A stretch of DNA of 64,000 nucleotides from Carcharhinus amblyrhynchos (Eukaryota). The notes below the pieces were generated by a model. That model did not search any database. It saw only the letters and a list, made by a program, of their open reading frames with translations, and was not told the DNA's origin. The stretch is from NCBI GenBank assembly GCA_965287045.1, contig OZ336895.1, positions 35,526,001 through 35,590,000 of the forward strand. Direction: 5' to 3'. Made by a program: the position numbers and the translations under genes. Below are positions 13,267-24,959 of this stretch, piece by piece (within the stretch, counting starts at the first letter, position 1; the number at the start of each line of letters is the position of its first letter).

Positions 13267-13509
13267 CCATGGTGCATGAGGAAACGTGACACATTTCAGA
13301 GGATGGGTTTGAGGCAACGTACAGGGGGGTTCTTTGCTTCAAATAATCCCTGCTACGCTCAACTTGGAGAGAGATTCACCTTCACAATCACTCCAAACAA
13401 AAATGCTTCATGGCCTCCAAGTCCAAATCAAAAGATAAAAAGAAAAATTACTTCAAGGGATTAAGTAAGACGGCAATGTGATAAAATTGATGAGAATAAA
13501 CTAAAAGTT

Positions 13510-13722
13510 GAAGGTTCAGGTAAACCAACCTGGTTTACTAATGTCTTTTAGACAAAGAAATCTGTTATCCTTACCCGGTTTGGCCTACATTTGATTCTAG
13601 ACCCACAGCTATTGTTGTTGACCCTGAACTGCCCTATGAAATGGTCTAGCAAGATACTCATTTGAGGGACATTTATGTACGGACAATAAAGGTTGGCTTT
13701 TCCAGCAATGCTCGCATCCCAG
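13510..13722 (+). mobile_element. tRNA-headed SINE family sharing its 3' tail with the second LINE family (partial)
   Basis: ggtttactaatgtc...agacccacagc...ggacaataaaggttggc...catccca; homologous to 15270-15632, 44480-44740 and 55795-56172. Confidence 0.65.
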
Positions 13723-14610
13723 CTGACAATGACATCAAGTGTCCAATCTAAAGCAGACTTCATTTAACTTACTGGGATACTTCAGAAATAACTCATGTCT
13801 CAAAGATCTCTTCTTCTGCTAACCATGTTTGTGATTGGAGAATCAGAGCTGAACAGCCAATTCCTGCCTCAAGCTGAAAGGAACATGGCCTCCGGAAGGG
13901 AAGTATTTTGTGGATAAATTGGCCCCAGAGCTCCTCTTCACAGCTGAAGATAACCTGATCTCCCAGACACTGCTTCCAATTTCTGACAGTCAGTGGCACG
14001 AGCAAAAACAGGACATCTCATTAATAGTATGAAATAACAAGTTGGCCAGCATCAAGACATCAAATTCTTAACACCAGTGACGTAATGAAAGGATAGCTTG
14101 GCTGCCAACAGGAGCACTCAGCGACATGGCAGTCAAATACTAAACTCTAACAGGCCCCAGAGACAATTTTTAAGTCTGTACCAGGATAAACCGACAGTGA
14201 ATGTTAACTAAGAGTCTACATTTTCGGTTGTAGTGTCTGTTCATTTTGAAATAAATCACAGGATATCCAGAGGTATACATTCCTAATATGACTACAGGAC
14301 AGCCCTGAGTGAGGTCAAATAATTCAGTATTCACTGGTGAGCAGATGCTGGACTTTCTGATTACCGTGGCTCATGATATTGAGGTATGATACTGAAAAAG
14401 TTGACCAAGTCTTCAACCTGCGTCACAGTTGAGGGTTTACCATTTTTTCACCTATTAAAAGTACCTAGAAAATCACAATACTTTCACACCCCAATCTAAT
14501 TCAGTATTCATTTCATTTTCTTCCTCCAGTGACTTCCATTGGAGCAGTCAAGAGAACCACATCTCGGTCCACTCAAAACAGTTGTACAATATGTGATAAG
14601 AAACACTTAC

Positions 14611-14687
14611 CGCTGTCCAAGCATTGGCAGTACAACGGGAGCAGGTCCAGCCATCTTTGACTAAATCTGGTCGAATACCGTAACAAC
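14611..14687 (-). CDS. KDM4B: KDM4B internal coding exon, 77 nt, phase 1 to phase 0; end of PHD1
   Basis: Branch-point-like ttctaac, acceptor tttgttgttggcag|GT TGT, donor ACAGCG|gtaagt. Translation (S)[25 protein letters not shown]. Confidence 0.96.
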
Positions 14688-15269
14688 CTGCCAACAACAA
14701 GAGCTGGTTAGAAATGCTGATTTGACAAATGTATTCATTTATCCCCAAATCAATGCCTTAATCACAGCAACTCCTGAGTGATACTAATTAGTCCTTAACT
14801 CCTTTAGCGTACAGTGCTTAAGATTAGTCTTCATGGCACAGCAAAGTTCAAAAGATTCTCTGTACAACTCGGAAACCAAACCTGCAGAGATCTGTTATGA
14901 AAAGTGCTTGAACACTGAATGATGAGGCTTTCAAATGATCCTTTACAGGTTAAAAATCTAGAAGGATATCAGGATACCAGCATTTAACTCATCCCAAGAC
15001 AAAAGCATGAAGCTAAATGCCCAACCTAGGAACTCAGAGTAGTACTGAGTATATGAAAAGTAAATGCAAATCTTTAAATGAGTATAGTTTAGAAATACTT
15101 CTAAACTATTCGTTCTGGCAAATGAATAGCACTAAACCAACCACAATACAGCTGCACTTTTACAATCTATTCCCTAGACAACCATCCGTTTTAAGCCAGT
15201 ATTTCCCTTGTGAGCAAAACGAAAGGAAATTAATCGAATTATTCTGCAGGAATTCAGAATTTTAAAACT

Positions 15270-15632
15270 GCTTGAGAAGTGGTGGACTGCTGCGGTGTAG
15301 GTACAGCCTACTGTTGGGAAAGGCATAGGTTTGTAGCAGTTTGATATAACTGAGTGGCTTGCTAGGCCATTTCAGAAGGCACTTAAGAATCAGCCACATC
15401 ATTGTGGGTCTGGAATCACATGTCGGCCAGACTAGGGAAGGGCGGCAGATTTCTTTCTATTAAAGGCATTCATGAACTAGATGGGTTTTTAATGACAATT
15501 GACAATGGTCTCATGGTTACTATTAATGGGATTGGTTTACAATTTCAAATTTTTATGAATTAGATTTGAACATGTGTCCTGGAGTATCTGGATTATCATT
15601 CCAGTGACATTACCAATATATCACTGCCTCCC
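15270..15632 (-). mobile_element. Same tRNA-headed SINE family
   Basis: aactgagtggcttgctaggccatttcaga...gtgggtctggaatcacatgt...gaactagatgggttttt...ccagtgacattacca. Confidence 0.7.
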
Positions 15633-16833
15633 CTGAGTAATTAAATCATTGCCCTGATAGCCTCTGGAACTTGAAACTCCATGACTGGGTTTAGCAGCTA
15701 TTAGATGGAAGTATGTACGTACATACGGTCATGTTATACTGAATCTGGACTGGCAATAAAGGAGTAGACACAATCAGTTTATGGCAAACTGGCACTGGTG
15801 ATGGCTTCTTTAATGCACGTCTGACATTCCTTATCGAATGAGGAAAGAGGGAAATGGCAGGCAAAAGTAAGATCCAGTTTATTTTTTGTGGAGGATGTAA
15901 AGAGGAGAATTTCATCGACACCATGTTGCTGCATTATGGAGGAATTTTAAAGCTGCCTTGCAATCAGAAATTTGGGATCACACTGCACCATTTCCAATTC
16001 ATCTTCAGACTCTTCCAACTGTCAGGATATTAAGGGCTCTTCAACCGCCTAGCAAAAATGGATGGACTTATTGGACGAGACATAAAAAATGAGTGGTCAC
16101 AACATTCTTGCCTGTACCTCACGGATATACGTTCATCGCATTGAAGTAGCCATTTGTGAGATTTACCTAGAAAAATGTTATCACTGACAATTGCATTTGG
16201 AATGCAGTGTCTGAACAGTTAATTTCCATCTGAACAACAAACAAAACATAATCATTGCTATGGAAGAAAACTCCCCCGAGCAACAAATAAAGAAAATGTA
16301 TAATCACCAATTGCCTAATAGATCTCATGGGAGCAGGCAAACTGTGAGGTTATAACCAGCTGTTGCTAGGAGGATCAGTGCAAACGTGGGGATGAATTTA
16401 TATCTGGTGTATCTATTCCAGAAATGTAATTTATATGGTGATATTTCGTGAGAATGAGTTGAAACCGATAAGTTCAGTTCTGCCTTTCTCAGTCAGACAC
16501 TATATAAAATGTTGTATATTTGTGCATCTAAATTCAAAGCATCTTAGATCAGTTATTTAGAGATTTGGCTGCTAATGTAGCTTATATTTGGTGTTTTCAT
16601 CATCACAATGGACTAGCAAACAAGCACAGGGTAAGTTTCACTTTGTACAAATGTTACTTTCACTCAGTGCTCGCATTCTTCCATGAGTCAGAGGTTGGGA
16701 TCCAAACATACTGGAGCAAATAGCCTAGGTGACACACCCTGTGCAGAGCTGAGCGAGTTATTTTGATTCATTCATGGGGTTAGGGTGTTGCTGACAAGCT
16801 CAACATTTATTGCCCATCTCTAATTATCTTGAA

Positions 16834-17140
16834 AATCATGGAATCCCTACAATGCAGAAGGAGGCCTTTGGCCTATCGAGCGTGCACTGACTACAATCCC
16901 ACAAAGGCCCCATTCCCCTAACGCCCACACATTTACCCTACTAATCCCCCTAACAGTAGGATCAATTTAGCATAGCCAATGAACCTAACCTGCACATCTT
17001 TGGATTGTTGAAGGAAACCAGAGCACCCAAAGGAAACCCACGCAGCACGGGGAGAATGTGCAAACTCCACACATACGGTCAAAGCCAGAATTGAATCCGG
17101 GTCTCTGGAGCTGTAAGGCAGCAGTGCTAACCATGCTACC
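16834..17140 (-). mobile_element. HE1-type SINE, nested in an older SINE spanning about 16765-17330
   Basis: Reverse-complement HE1 head and tail; host SINE continues on both sides (catttattgcccatctctaatt... and cattagtgaaccagatggg). Confidence 0.85.
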
Positions 17141-17948
17141 CAAGGAAGATTGCCTTCTTAATACAACCATGTAGACTCGAGTCTGGAATCATGTATAGGT
17201 AAGACCAAGTAAGGCTGCAAGATTTTCTTTCCCAAAGGTCATTAGTGAACCAGATGGGTTTTAATGACAATCTGTAATTCTTTACAGTCACATTATCAAG
17301 TTCTTTTATTCCTGATTGGTTTAATTAACAGTCATTTATTGAAGTTTACAGTTTGTGGAGCCTTATTTTATCTAACAGAAGTTAGAGTGAACATTGCCTT
17401 TGTGAAGCATTTTAGGATTGCTCAAACATGCAAAAGGTAACATTTAAGTTCAAGTTTATTTTTTTCTTTCCTTTGTTACCCATGATTAGTCAATAAGTTT
17501 GAGAGATTTTCAGAATTGTAGGTAACAGAAAATATGGTCCAAAAGTGAATTCAGATGGTGTAACCCATTTGAAATGTTAACCTGATTTCTCATTCAGGTG
17601 TCAAATGATTTAGTCTGATTTTCCAGCATTTTCTGCTTCAATTCAGGTTTTCAGCTTTCACAGTTGTTTCTTTTACTTTTTGCAGATAATAGGTTTCGGT
17701 ATTAAGTAATTTTGGTTAAAGGGTACACGTATCAAATCTATGCACCTCTGCGTTCAAACAAAATTAAGTAGTTGGAAAGTTACTGGCGTTATCAAAGTGT
17801 AACATACATTCAATATACGGTTTCTGTACTCTAAACAAAACACACAAAAGCTGCTGGAAAAGACAGAATAATGCAAATAACAAAATACATCCAAAGGCCA
17901 TAATCTGGAAATGCCCAATGGTTCAGTGCAACTTGGGAACTGTGCCTT

Positions 17949-18253
17949 AAAGTTTAACGTGTATTTATTAGTATTACAAGTTGGATTACATTAACACTGC
18001 AATGAAGTAAGTTACTGTGAAAATCCCCTCATCGCCACGCTCCAGCGCCTGTTTGGGTACACAGAGAATTTAGTATGGGCAATGCACCTAACCAGCATGT
18101 CTTTTGTACCATGGGAGGAAATCGGAGCACCTGGAGAAAATCCACTTAGACACAGAGAGAATGTGCAGACTCTGCACAGGCAGTGACCCAAGCCAGGAAT
18201 CAAACCTGGGTCCCTGGCGCTATGAGGCAACTGTGCTAACCACTGTGCTGCAT
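17949..18253 (-). mobile_element. HE1-headed SINE, variant-tail subfamily
   Basis: tttattag...ttacattaacactgcaatgaag...gtgaaaatcccc tail plus HE1 head. Confidence 0.85.
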
Positions 18254-18577
18254 GGGTCATTGAATATTTTTAAGGCAGTGGTAGATTGATTTTTGTTAGG
18301 CAAGGGAATCAATGGTTACTGGGAGTAGCTGGGAAGGTGGAATTCAATACACAAACAGATCAATTATGATCTTATTGAATAGTGGAACAGGCTCAAGATA
18401 CTGAATGGGCTATTTATCTCCTATTTTACATGTTGTAAGTACATTTGTAGTATATATCATTTCTGCCATCCAAGATTTTCTATGTAAAACATTCCCTTTC
18501 TAAGCTGGCAGAGACATCCCATAAACAACCCTCTGCTAATCCTGCCATGAATGTGAAAAGTGAGGTGCATAACCAGG

Positions 18578-19112
18578 CTGCGTACAGTTCTGGTCATCCT
18601 ATTAAAGAGAGGATATTATTAAATTAGAAAGAGTGCAGAAAAGATTTAATAGGATGGTACCAGGACTTAATGGATTGAGTTATAAGGAAAGGCTGGATAG
18701 ACTGGGACTTTTTTCTCTGGAGCATAGAAGGCTCAGGAGTGATCTTATAGAGGTCTATAAAATAATGAGGAGCGTAGATCAGCTTGATAGTCAATATCTT
18801 TTCCCAAAGGTAGGGAGTCTAAAACTAGAGGGCATAGGTTTAAGGTGAGAGGGCAGAGATACATAAGTGTCCAGAGGGGCAATTTTTTCACACAGAGGGC
18901 AGCGAGTGTCTGGAACAAGCTGTCAAAGGTAGTAATAGAGGCAGGTACAATTTTGTCTTTTAAAAAGCACTTAGGCAGTTACATGGGTAAGAGGGGTAGA
19001 GGGATATGGGCCAAATGCGGGTAATTGGGATTAGCTTAGGAAATTAAAAAAAAGGGCAGCATGGACAAGTTGAGCCAAAGGGCTTGTTTCCATGCTGTAA
19101 ACCTCTACGATT
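18578..19112 (+). mobile_element. CR1 LINE 3' fragment
   Basis: QKRFNRMVPGLNGLSYKERLDRLGLFSLEHRRLRSDLIEVYKIM followed by a 3' UTR. Confidence 0.9.
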
Positions 19113-20129
19113 CTATAATTTACAACAAGCGGTTAACGATTCACTCTTTAGGAAACGGTGGGGAAAAGTTAAATCTCACTTAGCAGTCACCCATTTCAGA
19201 CTGGAGATAATACTAGGTATGGTAAAGGTGGTGTTTGGGTAAATATTAAATCTTTAAACTTTCTAATAAGTAACTTCTAATAGTTGATTTTAAAAAAACT
19301 GGTGCTTTACACATGCATGCATGGGATAAATGTAGTGCATGCACGGAGGAATGAAAAATGAGAAATGCTAACTCTAGCTAAAGAAAGGTACAAACCCAAC
19401 TTCAGTCAATATGTTGAAAAGAAAGGCATTTATATAGCCAGAATTACAGTCTTGCAAAAAGAATAATTAATGAGGCAATGTCATAAGTCACAAAGAGGCA
19501 ACTGAAACACACATCCATGGTATTAGTTCAACAGCCATCAAATATGTTTATCCAGCAATCTGGGTGACTGGTTAAGAGGAAGCTTACAAAGGAAATTTGT
19601 GTTCCCTGAAGCAGCTGTTCTTAAACTTTTCTGCATCCTAGCGTGCCTCCCCCTCTCTTCCCAAACCTGGTAACGCAACATAAACATTTTTCTCAGCTTC
19701 CGCATTATATTGCTTTCTTGTATGCAGGGTCTTAAAAACACAATAATTCCTCCGAGAAAGATTATTCATGGGACATTCACAGTTGGAAATTGAAAAAAGT
19801 AATATCTTTGTTGTGGAAGAGGATAAAATTGATAAAACTAAGATCTGTGAATCTCATGCATTAGGGATAAGTTACTCATGTTGGTTTAAATATGTGACTT
19901 ACTGCGGACGCCACTGATCACTATACATTGCTTCAAGTATTGAGGAGGGTTGCAATCTGCCTCACTCCTTGCTGAGGCCCACCACTGCTCCGAAGCCTTT
20001 CCAATTGCTTGTTACTTCCACCATGACCCAATTAACTGGATACCAACAGCTCCTGCCCTGAACCTAAATGTAGGCCAATCCATTTCACTCGAGCCCTGTC
20101 ACACTCGCCTTTTCTGGGACTGCTGTTCA

Positions 20130-20680
20130 GCTCTGCTAACGTGTTACCAGACAGTGCCGCAAAAACAAACTTTGGTTAACTCCAGAACTGACCATTCCTG
20201 TTGGCCTCCCAGATTCCATTCTGTGAATCTGAGGTGACCTAAAACTCTACTGCTGTATCCTTACACCAGATATCATCCACCTATCATTGCTTTGACTCTT
20301 GACCTACAGTGGCTTCTAATCAAATAATGTCTTGGTTTTAAAAGCATCATCTCTTGATGTCAAATCCCTCAAACTCCCTATTTCTATAATCTCCACGAAT
20401 CTCATAGCTTCCCAGATTTCTGCACTCATTGAATTCTTGGCATCCTCAATTTTAATTGCTTTGCTACTGGTCGGCTGCGCCTTGAACTTCGAGTGTTTAA
20501 GCTCTGAAACACCCTCCCTAAACCTCTATGACTCCCTACCTCTCATTCCTCCATAAAACCTACCTCCTGAAACAAACTCTTGGCCGTCTCCCCTGATGTC
20601 AACTCAGTGGCTCAGTGTTTAATCTTGTTTCATAATATCCCTGTGAGGTGCTGCTCTGAATATAAGCTGTTGCTATTTAT
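20130..20680 (+). mobile_element. L2-like LINE 3' fragment, old
   Basis: ctgttggcctccca..., gacctacagtggcttcta (DLxWL), aaaacctacctc..., ends tataagctgttg. Confidence 0.55.
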
Positions 20681-21305
20681 GATTTAAACAGTTGATAACG
20701 TAGATAGATAAAAACTATTTTCCATGGTGGGGAAGTCTGCAGTAAGATAGCATAGCCTGAAAATTAGAGCTAGGCCATTTAAAGGCAAAGTCAGGAAGCA
20801 CACGGAGGAAAGTGGAAAGATGAACCGTCCTCCAAAAGGTTGTCGTTGTTAGAATTAAAAATGTCGAGGTTGAGATGGATTTCTACTCAGTAGGTGAACT
20901 AAGGAAAATGGAACTTGGGTAGATAAATGGAGCCAAGATAGAGCCATAATCTAACTGAATGAATGGTATAGGTTGAAAAGGCTGAATAATCCAATTCCCA
21001 TGACCCAATTCTTGGCATCCTCTTCACACTACTCCTGTGCTTTACACATTGCAGGAGGAGAGAAATCCATGACAGATGAAGTTTGCTTCAATGACCTTTT
21101 ACGTTCTGCTTTTCACTTGCCTTTAATATATTCAGCTTTTCAATTCAGCATTTTAATATTCAAATGGAATATTTGCTTCAAAAACATCTTGTTAGTACCA
21201 TGCCCTTTTGTGACACAGATTTACACAAACTGCAGAATTTTCAAGACAGGAATGACGGCCTATGCATTTTGAGGGAGTATTTTTTTTGAGCTGTGAGCTA
21301 CTCAC

Positions 21306-21522
21306 TGGCATGGACTTGAAGGCAGCATTTTGCACAGGAAATGAGCAAGCTGGTCCCATCATCACCAATGTACGAGTTTGTGGGTAGGGGTTCAGTGTTT
21401 TCTCCGCCTGATGTGAAGCACATTTCTGGGATGATTGGCTTCGTCTTTTGCCCAACCTTGGCAGCAGTTATCCAGGAACTTCCTTCTGGCGTGAAAACGT
21501 CTTGAACAGTATCTCTTTCAGG
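21306..21522 (-). CDS. KDM4B: KDM4B internal coding exon, 217 nt, phase 0 to phase 1; PHD1 core
   Basis: Acceptor ttttttttctatttaaag|CCT and donor CATGCCA|gtgagt. Translation PERD...[48 protein letters not shown](S). Confidence 0.96.
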
Positions 21523-21914
21523 CTTTAAATAGAAAAAAAAGTTTAAAGAAAAGCATTCAGATTTCAATATAATCACTTTACCGTTATAATCCTCAACAGC
21601 TAACCTGCAACTGCATTTAAGATTTTTCGAAGTGAAGGGAAAACATTCAGCGAGTGATCTCATAGGCCAATACACCAGAACAAATTGCTCGCCTCCTGTG
21701 CTGTTGCTCTCAAAGGTGTCCATCAAACTGACAGGCAGGAATAGGTAAGCGACAGCAGTCCAGGGATATAACAAAATGCATGGAACGCAATTTATCCACA
21801 AACTGTAGATAACCCTCAGGTTACAAGAACAAATACTTGACCAAAATTCTTGCAGGCAACCTGTCAGTCAATTTTCACAATTCTTCCTCTTCCTTCCATC
21901 CAGCATCCACAGGG

Positions 21915-22330
21915 AACTACAAAAGGTCGTGAACGTAGCCCAATTCATCACGCAAACCAGCCTCCCACCCACTAACTCGATCTACACTTCCTGCTGCTTC
22001 AGCAAAGCAGCCAGCATCACTGAGGACCTCACGCACCCCGAACATTCTCTCTTTCACCTTCTTCCATCGGGAAAAAGTTCTAAAAGTCTAGAGATCACAT
22101 ACCAATTGATTCAAGAACAGTTTCTTCCCTGCTACTGTCAGACTTTTGAATGGACTTAACTTGCATTAAGTTGATTTTTCTCAACACCCTAGCTATGACT
22201 GTAACACTATATTCTGCACTTTCTAGTTTCCTTCTTTATGAAGAGCATGTTTTGTCTGAATAGCACACAAGAAACAATACTTTTCACTGTATACCAATAT
22301 TTGTGACAATAATAAATCAAATAAAATCAC
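21915..22330 (+). mobile_element. Rex/Babar LINE 3' end
   Basis: LQKVVNVAQFITQTSLP...KAASITEDLTHPEHSLFHLLPSGK; tail tgtgacaataataaatcaaataaaatc. Confidence 0.85.
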
Positions 22331-22829
22331 TATTTTCATTGTTATGACTCATAAGAATTATTTATTTTCAATTTACTCCTCCTTAAAAAAATTGTATAGA
22401 AAAATTATCACTCCATGTAAAGTGATTGCATAGTGGGAAAGTGACTTTGGCCTGAGTGAAACAGAGACCCAGACAGAATACTTGGGAATTTAGTCCAAAG
22501 TGGAAATTCAGCACATAGAGGGAATATGGTGCTTTAGGTAACGTTTACTGCAAGAAGCGTGACTTAAAATGGACTATTGGGAGTTTAGTGCAAGGGAAGG
22601 CGTTATCATGCTTTGTTTTCTAACTTTCTCAGCCTTCAGGAAGTGGTCTTACATTGCTACAGGAGAAGCAGCTAGGTATTTGGTGAGCATCTGGTTAAGT
22701 TACTACAATTTAGACCATTCCTGAGGTTAAAAAAAAGTCTAACAACTGATGGCAAGATTAATAAAATATATAAAAGCAAAATATATAATTGAATAATATA
22801 ATTAAATATTTAATAAGATGTAAAGGTTG

Positions 22830-23480
22830 GTAGAACAGGTGATGTGTCACAGCTACACCGTGTTAGATGCAAGTGTGATCCAGGGCAAACATCTGTAGTA
22901 TGAAATGTGAACAGCTTCAGCTAAGAGTTTGAGCTGGAGAACTGCAGACATTGTGGCATATCTTAGACAGGAAAAGCTAGCTGGATCCTTTGTGCCAGGA
23001 GGCAGTCACCCCTCTTAGGGCAAGGTCTTCTGATTTGGTCAGTGGTCAGGGACTAGAGCATGTGACTGCAGTGAGGCAGGTAAAGGGAATCAGAGGACAG
23101 AAGCACAGGAGCTTCAGCCTTTACAAGTGTCCAACAGGTGTGAGGTTTTATCAACTTGTTTGGATGAAAGTGGGGGCTGCATGGCAGATGAGCTAAATGG
23201 CCATGGAGCTGTAAGGTTCAAGTGAGGGAGGAAAAAGGAGCATTGTGTAGTAAGGGATAGTCCTGTCAGAGGGATTGACACCATTCTCTGCATCAAAGAG
23301 CACGAGTCCAGACAGCTGTGTTTACCTGTCCCAGGGTTCAGGACATGTGCTCAGGATTGAAGAGGAACTTGTAGTGGGAGGGAGAGGACCCAGCTGTCAT
23401 GATCCACTTGGGTATCAATGGCATTAGCAGGACAAAGGGAGTTCTGCATAGTCAGTGAGAGGATCTAGGTACCAAATTAC
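22830..23480 (+). mobile_element. CR1 ORF1 relic (Zn-finger/coiled-coil part and SGNH esterase domain)
   Basis: VVRDSPVRGIDTILC...RVQDMCSGLKRNL*WEGEDPAVMIHLGING, degenerate GDS and GxND blocks of the CR1 ORF1 esterase. Confidence 0.7.
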
Positions 23481-23624
23481 AAATGTCCCTGGAACACCTG
23501 AGCCACGTGCAAATTGGCATAGGACAAATCAGGTTTGAGAGATGACTGCATACTCAAAAACTGGTCTAGAAGAAATGTATTCCAGTTCCTGGCACTGTGG
23601 CACCAGTACTGGGCAAAGTGGAAT

Positions 23625-23822
23625 GGTGACACAGTGATTACCACTGCTGCCTCACAGCCCCAGAGGACTGGGTTCAATTCCAGCCATTAGTGTCTGTGTG
23701 GAGTTTGCACATTCTCTCTGCGTCCACTTGGATTTCCTCCAGGTGCTCCTCTTTCCCCTCAGTCCAAAGATGTGCAGGTTGGGTGAATTGGCCACGCTAA
23801 ATTGGCCCATCAAGTGTCCCAA
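23625..23822 (+). mobile_element. HE1-type SINE, 3'-truncated
   Basis: ggtgacacagtgattaccactgctgcctcacagc...gggttcaattcc...gtccaaagatgtgcaggtt. Confidence 0.85.
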
Positions 23823-24049
23823 AAGTGTGGGAGATTTTATTTACATAGACTGGAAAATTCAGATGGGCAAAGATAGCATTGATAAGGAGATAACTGAATC
23901 TTTGTGAGATAGTTTCTTAGAACAGTACGTTCAAGAACCAAACAGTGAGTAAACTATATGTCCCCATGGACATCACAATCTTAAGATGACAAAGGGAACA
24001 CCCTCGCCCTTGACCACAAAAAGGGCAACCTCCTGCTTGCACCCCACAA

Positions 24050-24086
24050 CCCCCCCCCCCCCCCGCCCCCCCCCCCCCCCCCCCCC
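24050..24086. repeat. Poly-C tract (poly-G on the transcribed strand)
   Basis: About 36 C with one G interruption. Confidence 0.9.
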
Positions 24087-24117
24087 AGCATTAAATGTAT
24101 GGGTCACTATGTATGGA

Positions 24118-24378
24118 GGGCACAGTGGCACACGTGGTTAGCACTGCTGCCTCACAGTGCCAGGGACCCGAGTTTGATTCCTGTCTGTGTGGAGTTTCCT
24201 CCAGGTGCTCTGGTTTCCTCCCACTGTCCAAAAGATATACTCGTTACGTGCACTGACCATGCTAAATTCTCCCTCTGTACCCAAACAGGCGCCGGAATGT
24301 GGCAACTAGGGGATTTTCATAGAAACTTCATTGCAGTGATAATGTAAGCCTACTTGTGACAACTAATAAATAAACCTT
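24118..24378 (+). mobile_element. HE1-headed SINE, variant-tail subfamily
   Basis: gggcacagtggcac...ggttagcactgctgcctcacag; tail ttcattgcagtgataatgtaagcctacttgtgacaactaataaataaa. Confidence 0.85.
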
Positions 24379-24959
24379 TAATCTCCTCCACATCATGCAG
24401 GCATCAGGGCGGCCTGACCACCAGTCCCTCAGGTTGGCACCGCCATTGGAGTTCAAAGAACTCCAATAAATTGGTTAAACATAATTTCCCATGTTTAAAT
24501 CATGTTGACTCTGCCTAATTACCTTGAATGTATCCAATTGCACTTCTGTAACTCATTTAATAATAGCTTCTAACATTTTAAAAAAATGAACTCAAGACTG
24601 TACACCTCTGCTTTTTATGAAGCACTTCAAAGTTAGTGGATTGTGAAGGGTTAGGTAAATAAACAATCATAATCCCTCCTTTGAGGGGTCCAGGAGCTGC
24701 CACTCAGGGGGATTGCAAAGTTAATGGAGCTTGGAATGGGATGTGAGCAAAGCATTTCAAAGCTTTTGAAAGCTACAGAAAGAAGACTAGCCTCTGCAAC
24801 CTCACAGATCTTTGAAACTGACATGTTGAGAGATAGTTCAAAGCTTTTAAAGTCTACAGAGAGAAGACTAGCTGCACAATCACCATCCCAGAGTCTCTCA
24901 CCAAATTCACTGGCCCAGCAGGATTTGCGCTTGAGGCTAAAGGGGCTAGAGAAACACCC

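Noticed and set aside
21523-21801. N-terminal extension of ORF 21298-21801 (MWINCVP...)
   Set aside because: Intronic read-through upstream of a clear polypyrimidine/AG acceptor at 21523; KDM4 similarity begins only within the exon.
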